A stretch of DNA of 64,000 bases, taken from assembly GCF_964355755.1 (NCBI RefSeq), contig NC_092676.1, positions 14,836,871 through 14,900,870 on the forward strand, given 5' to 3'. The notes below the pieces were generated by a model. That model searched no databases and had not been told where the DNA came from. It saw only the letters and a program-made list of their open reading frames with translations. Positions 62,959-64,000 of the stretch are shown in pieces. Origin of the DNA: Antedon mediterranea. Lineage: Eukaryota > Animalia > Echinodermata. The first letter of the stretch is position 1. Every line of letters starts with the position of its first letter. The translations under genes were made by a program, and so were the position numbers.

Positions 62959-63093
62959 GGTGCTATACAAGGAGGTTTACATCATACAGTATCTCAGCAC
63001 ACTCTTCATCATGGACAATCGCCACTACAGGTTACTGGCCCTTCATTACCCTCAAGAGGTGCTCCAAACCCAACGGCTCAAGAACAAGAAAAG
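62959..63093 (+). CDS. CSTF2: CSTF2 exon 9
   Basis: GAIQGGLHH...PNPTAQEQEK|gtaatt; 3' end matches conserved QxxEK before the C-terminal domain; acceptor position less certain. Confidence 0.75.
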
Positions 63094-63440
63094 GTAATTG
63101 ATAAAAAATGTTTATTTTTTTCCTCTCACCAAACCACAACCAAGTGTCTATTTTTATATTTTATATAAAGTGGCCGTATTTCTAGAAAGATTTCCAGTGA
63201 ATTCAAGAGATGCATTACAAATTAAATTGATATGAATCTTTAACAATTTTTGTGAATATCTCAATCCAGTTAGTTAAAAATGAAGTTGAATGGTTCATGA
63301 ATATTTATGGAGTGAGAGCAGTTATTCTGTTTAGGCTATTGATTATGTACAGAATACAGAAGTTATTTATTTTCAATTCAATTTTATTAATTTAAATATT
63401 ATAATTATTCAATATTATTATTTTAACTTTCATTTCGTAG

Positions 63441-63566
63441 GCAGCCCTCATTATGCAAGTTTTACAACTTTCTAATGAGCAGATTAATATGTTGCCATCA
63501 GAACAAAGGCAAAGTATTATGGTGTTGAAAGAGCAGATAGCAAGAAGTCAAGGACAACTTCCATAA
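63441..63566 (+). CDS. CSTF2: CSTF2 last coding exon (CSTF_C domain)
   Basis: AALIMQVLQLSNEQINMLPSEQRQSIMVLKEQIARSQGQLP*. Confidence 0.96.
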   Translation, partial: AALIMQVLQLSNEQINMLPSEQRQSIMVLKEQIARSQGQLP

Positions 63567-63623
63567 AGTTCACACCAATTGAAAAAGAAAGTGGAGTTTA
63601 TATCTTTAAAACCTATGGTTCTT

Positions 63624-63696
63624 CTGGATAGCTTAGCTACCTGGGTAGCTTAGCCACCTGGGTAGCTTAGCCACCTGGGTAGCTTAGCCACCTGGA
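63624..63696. repeat. 17-bp quasi-palindromic repeat x4 in the CSTF2 3' UTR
   Basis: ctgggtagcttagccac. Confidence 0.92.
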
Positions 63697-63906
63697 TGCC
63701 TAGTATGGTGTTCTTTTACCACGCTTACATATACTGCTCTAGAATCAATTATGGCCTCGTGGTTGTAATTTTTTGAAGTTACAATACTGTAATTAATAAG
63801 TGATTCTTTTGCTATTATATGATTTATGCTATGCCAAATGTTGTCAATAACAAGAAATTATTTCAACTAACTTAAACTTAGATTTGAACTTTAAAATTAA
63901 GGTTTA

Positions 63907-63976
63907 AATAAAAAATAGGATTAAATAATTGATATTATGCGACCCATGGAATTTTTTATTTAAACAAACAAATAAA
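63907..63976 (+). terminator. Candidate polyadenylation signals of CSTF2
   Basis: AATAAA at 63907-63912 and 63971-63976 downstream of the stop; AT-rich context makes chance matches likely. Confidence 0.4.
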
Positions 63977-64000
63977 TTTCGTTTTTAGAGAGACATTACT

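Overview
AT-rich eukaryotic (marine invertebrate-like, possibly echinoderm; inference only) genomic DNA with two divergently oriented intron-rich genes. Minus strand: exons 1-14 of a GABA-B receptor subunit 2 (GABBR2) orthologue (ATG at 34766, running off the left edge). Plus strand: an apparently complete 10-exon CstF-64 (CSTF2) gene (52838-63566). All exon boundaries were read by hand; they are GT-AG and phase-consistent. Introns and the 18-kb intergenic region are packed with mobile DNA: LINEs, a Gypsy fragment, Helitron and Helentron/DINE-1-like elements, and TIR elements whose target-site duplications point to hAT, PIF/Harbinger, MULE, Ginger, Kolobok and Tc1/pogo types. Most notable: (1) a dispersed ~170-bp (TA)n-associated repeat carrying a minimal type I hammerhead ribozyme motif (Penelope/retrozyme-like), two copies of which are sense to the GABBR2 pre-mRNA; (2) a repeat with an internally placed, fully paired tRNA cloverleaf with an AUC anticodon, bracketed by direct terminal repeats; (3) multi-level nested transposons with readable TSDs. 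No CRISPR or prokaryotic system is supported. Nothing was searched against databases.
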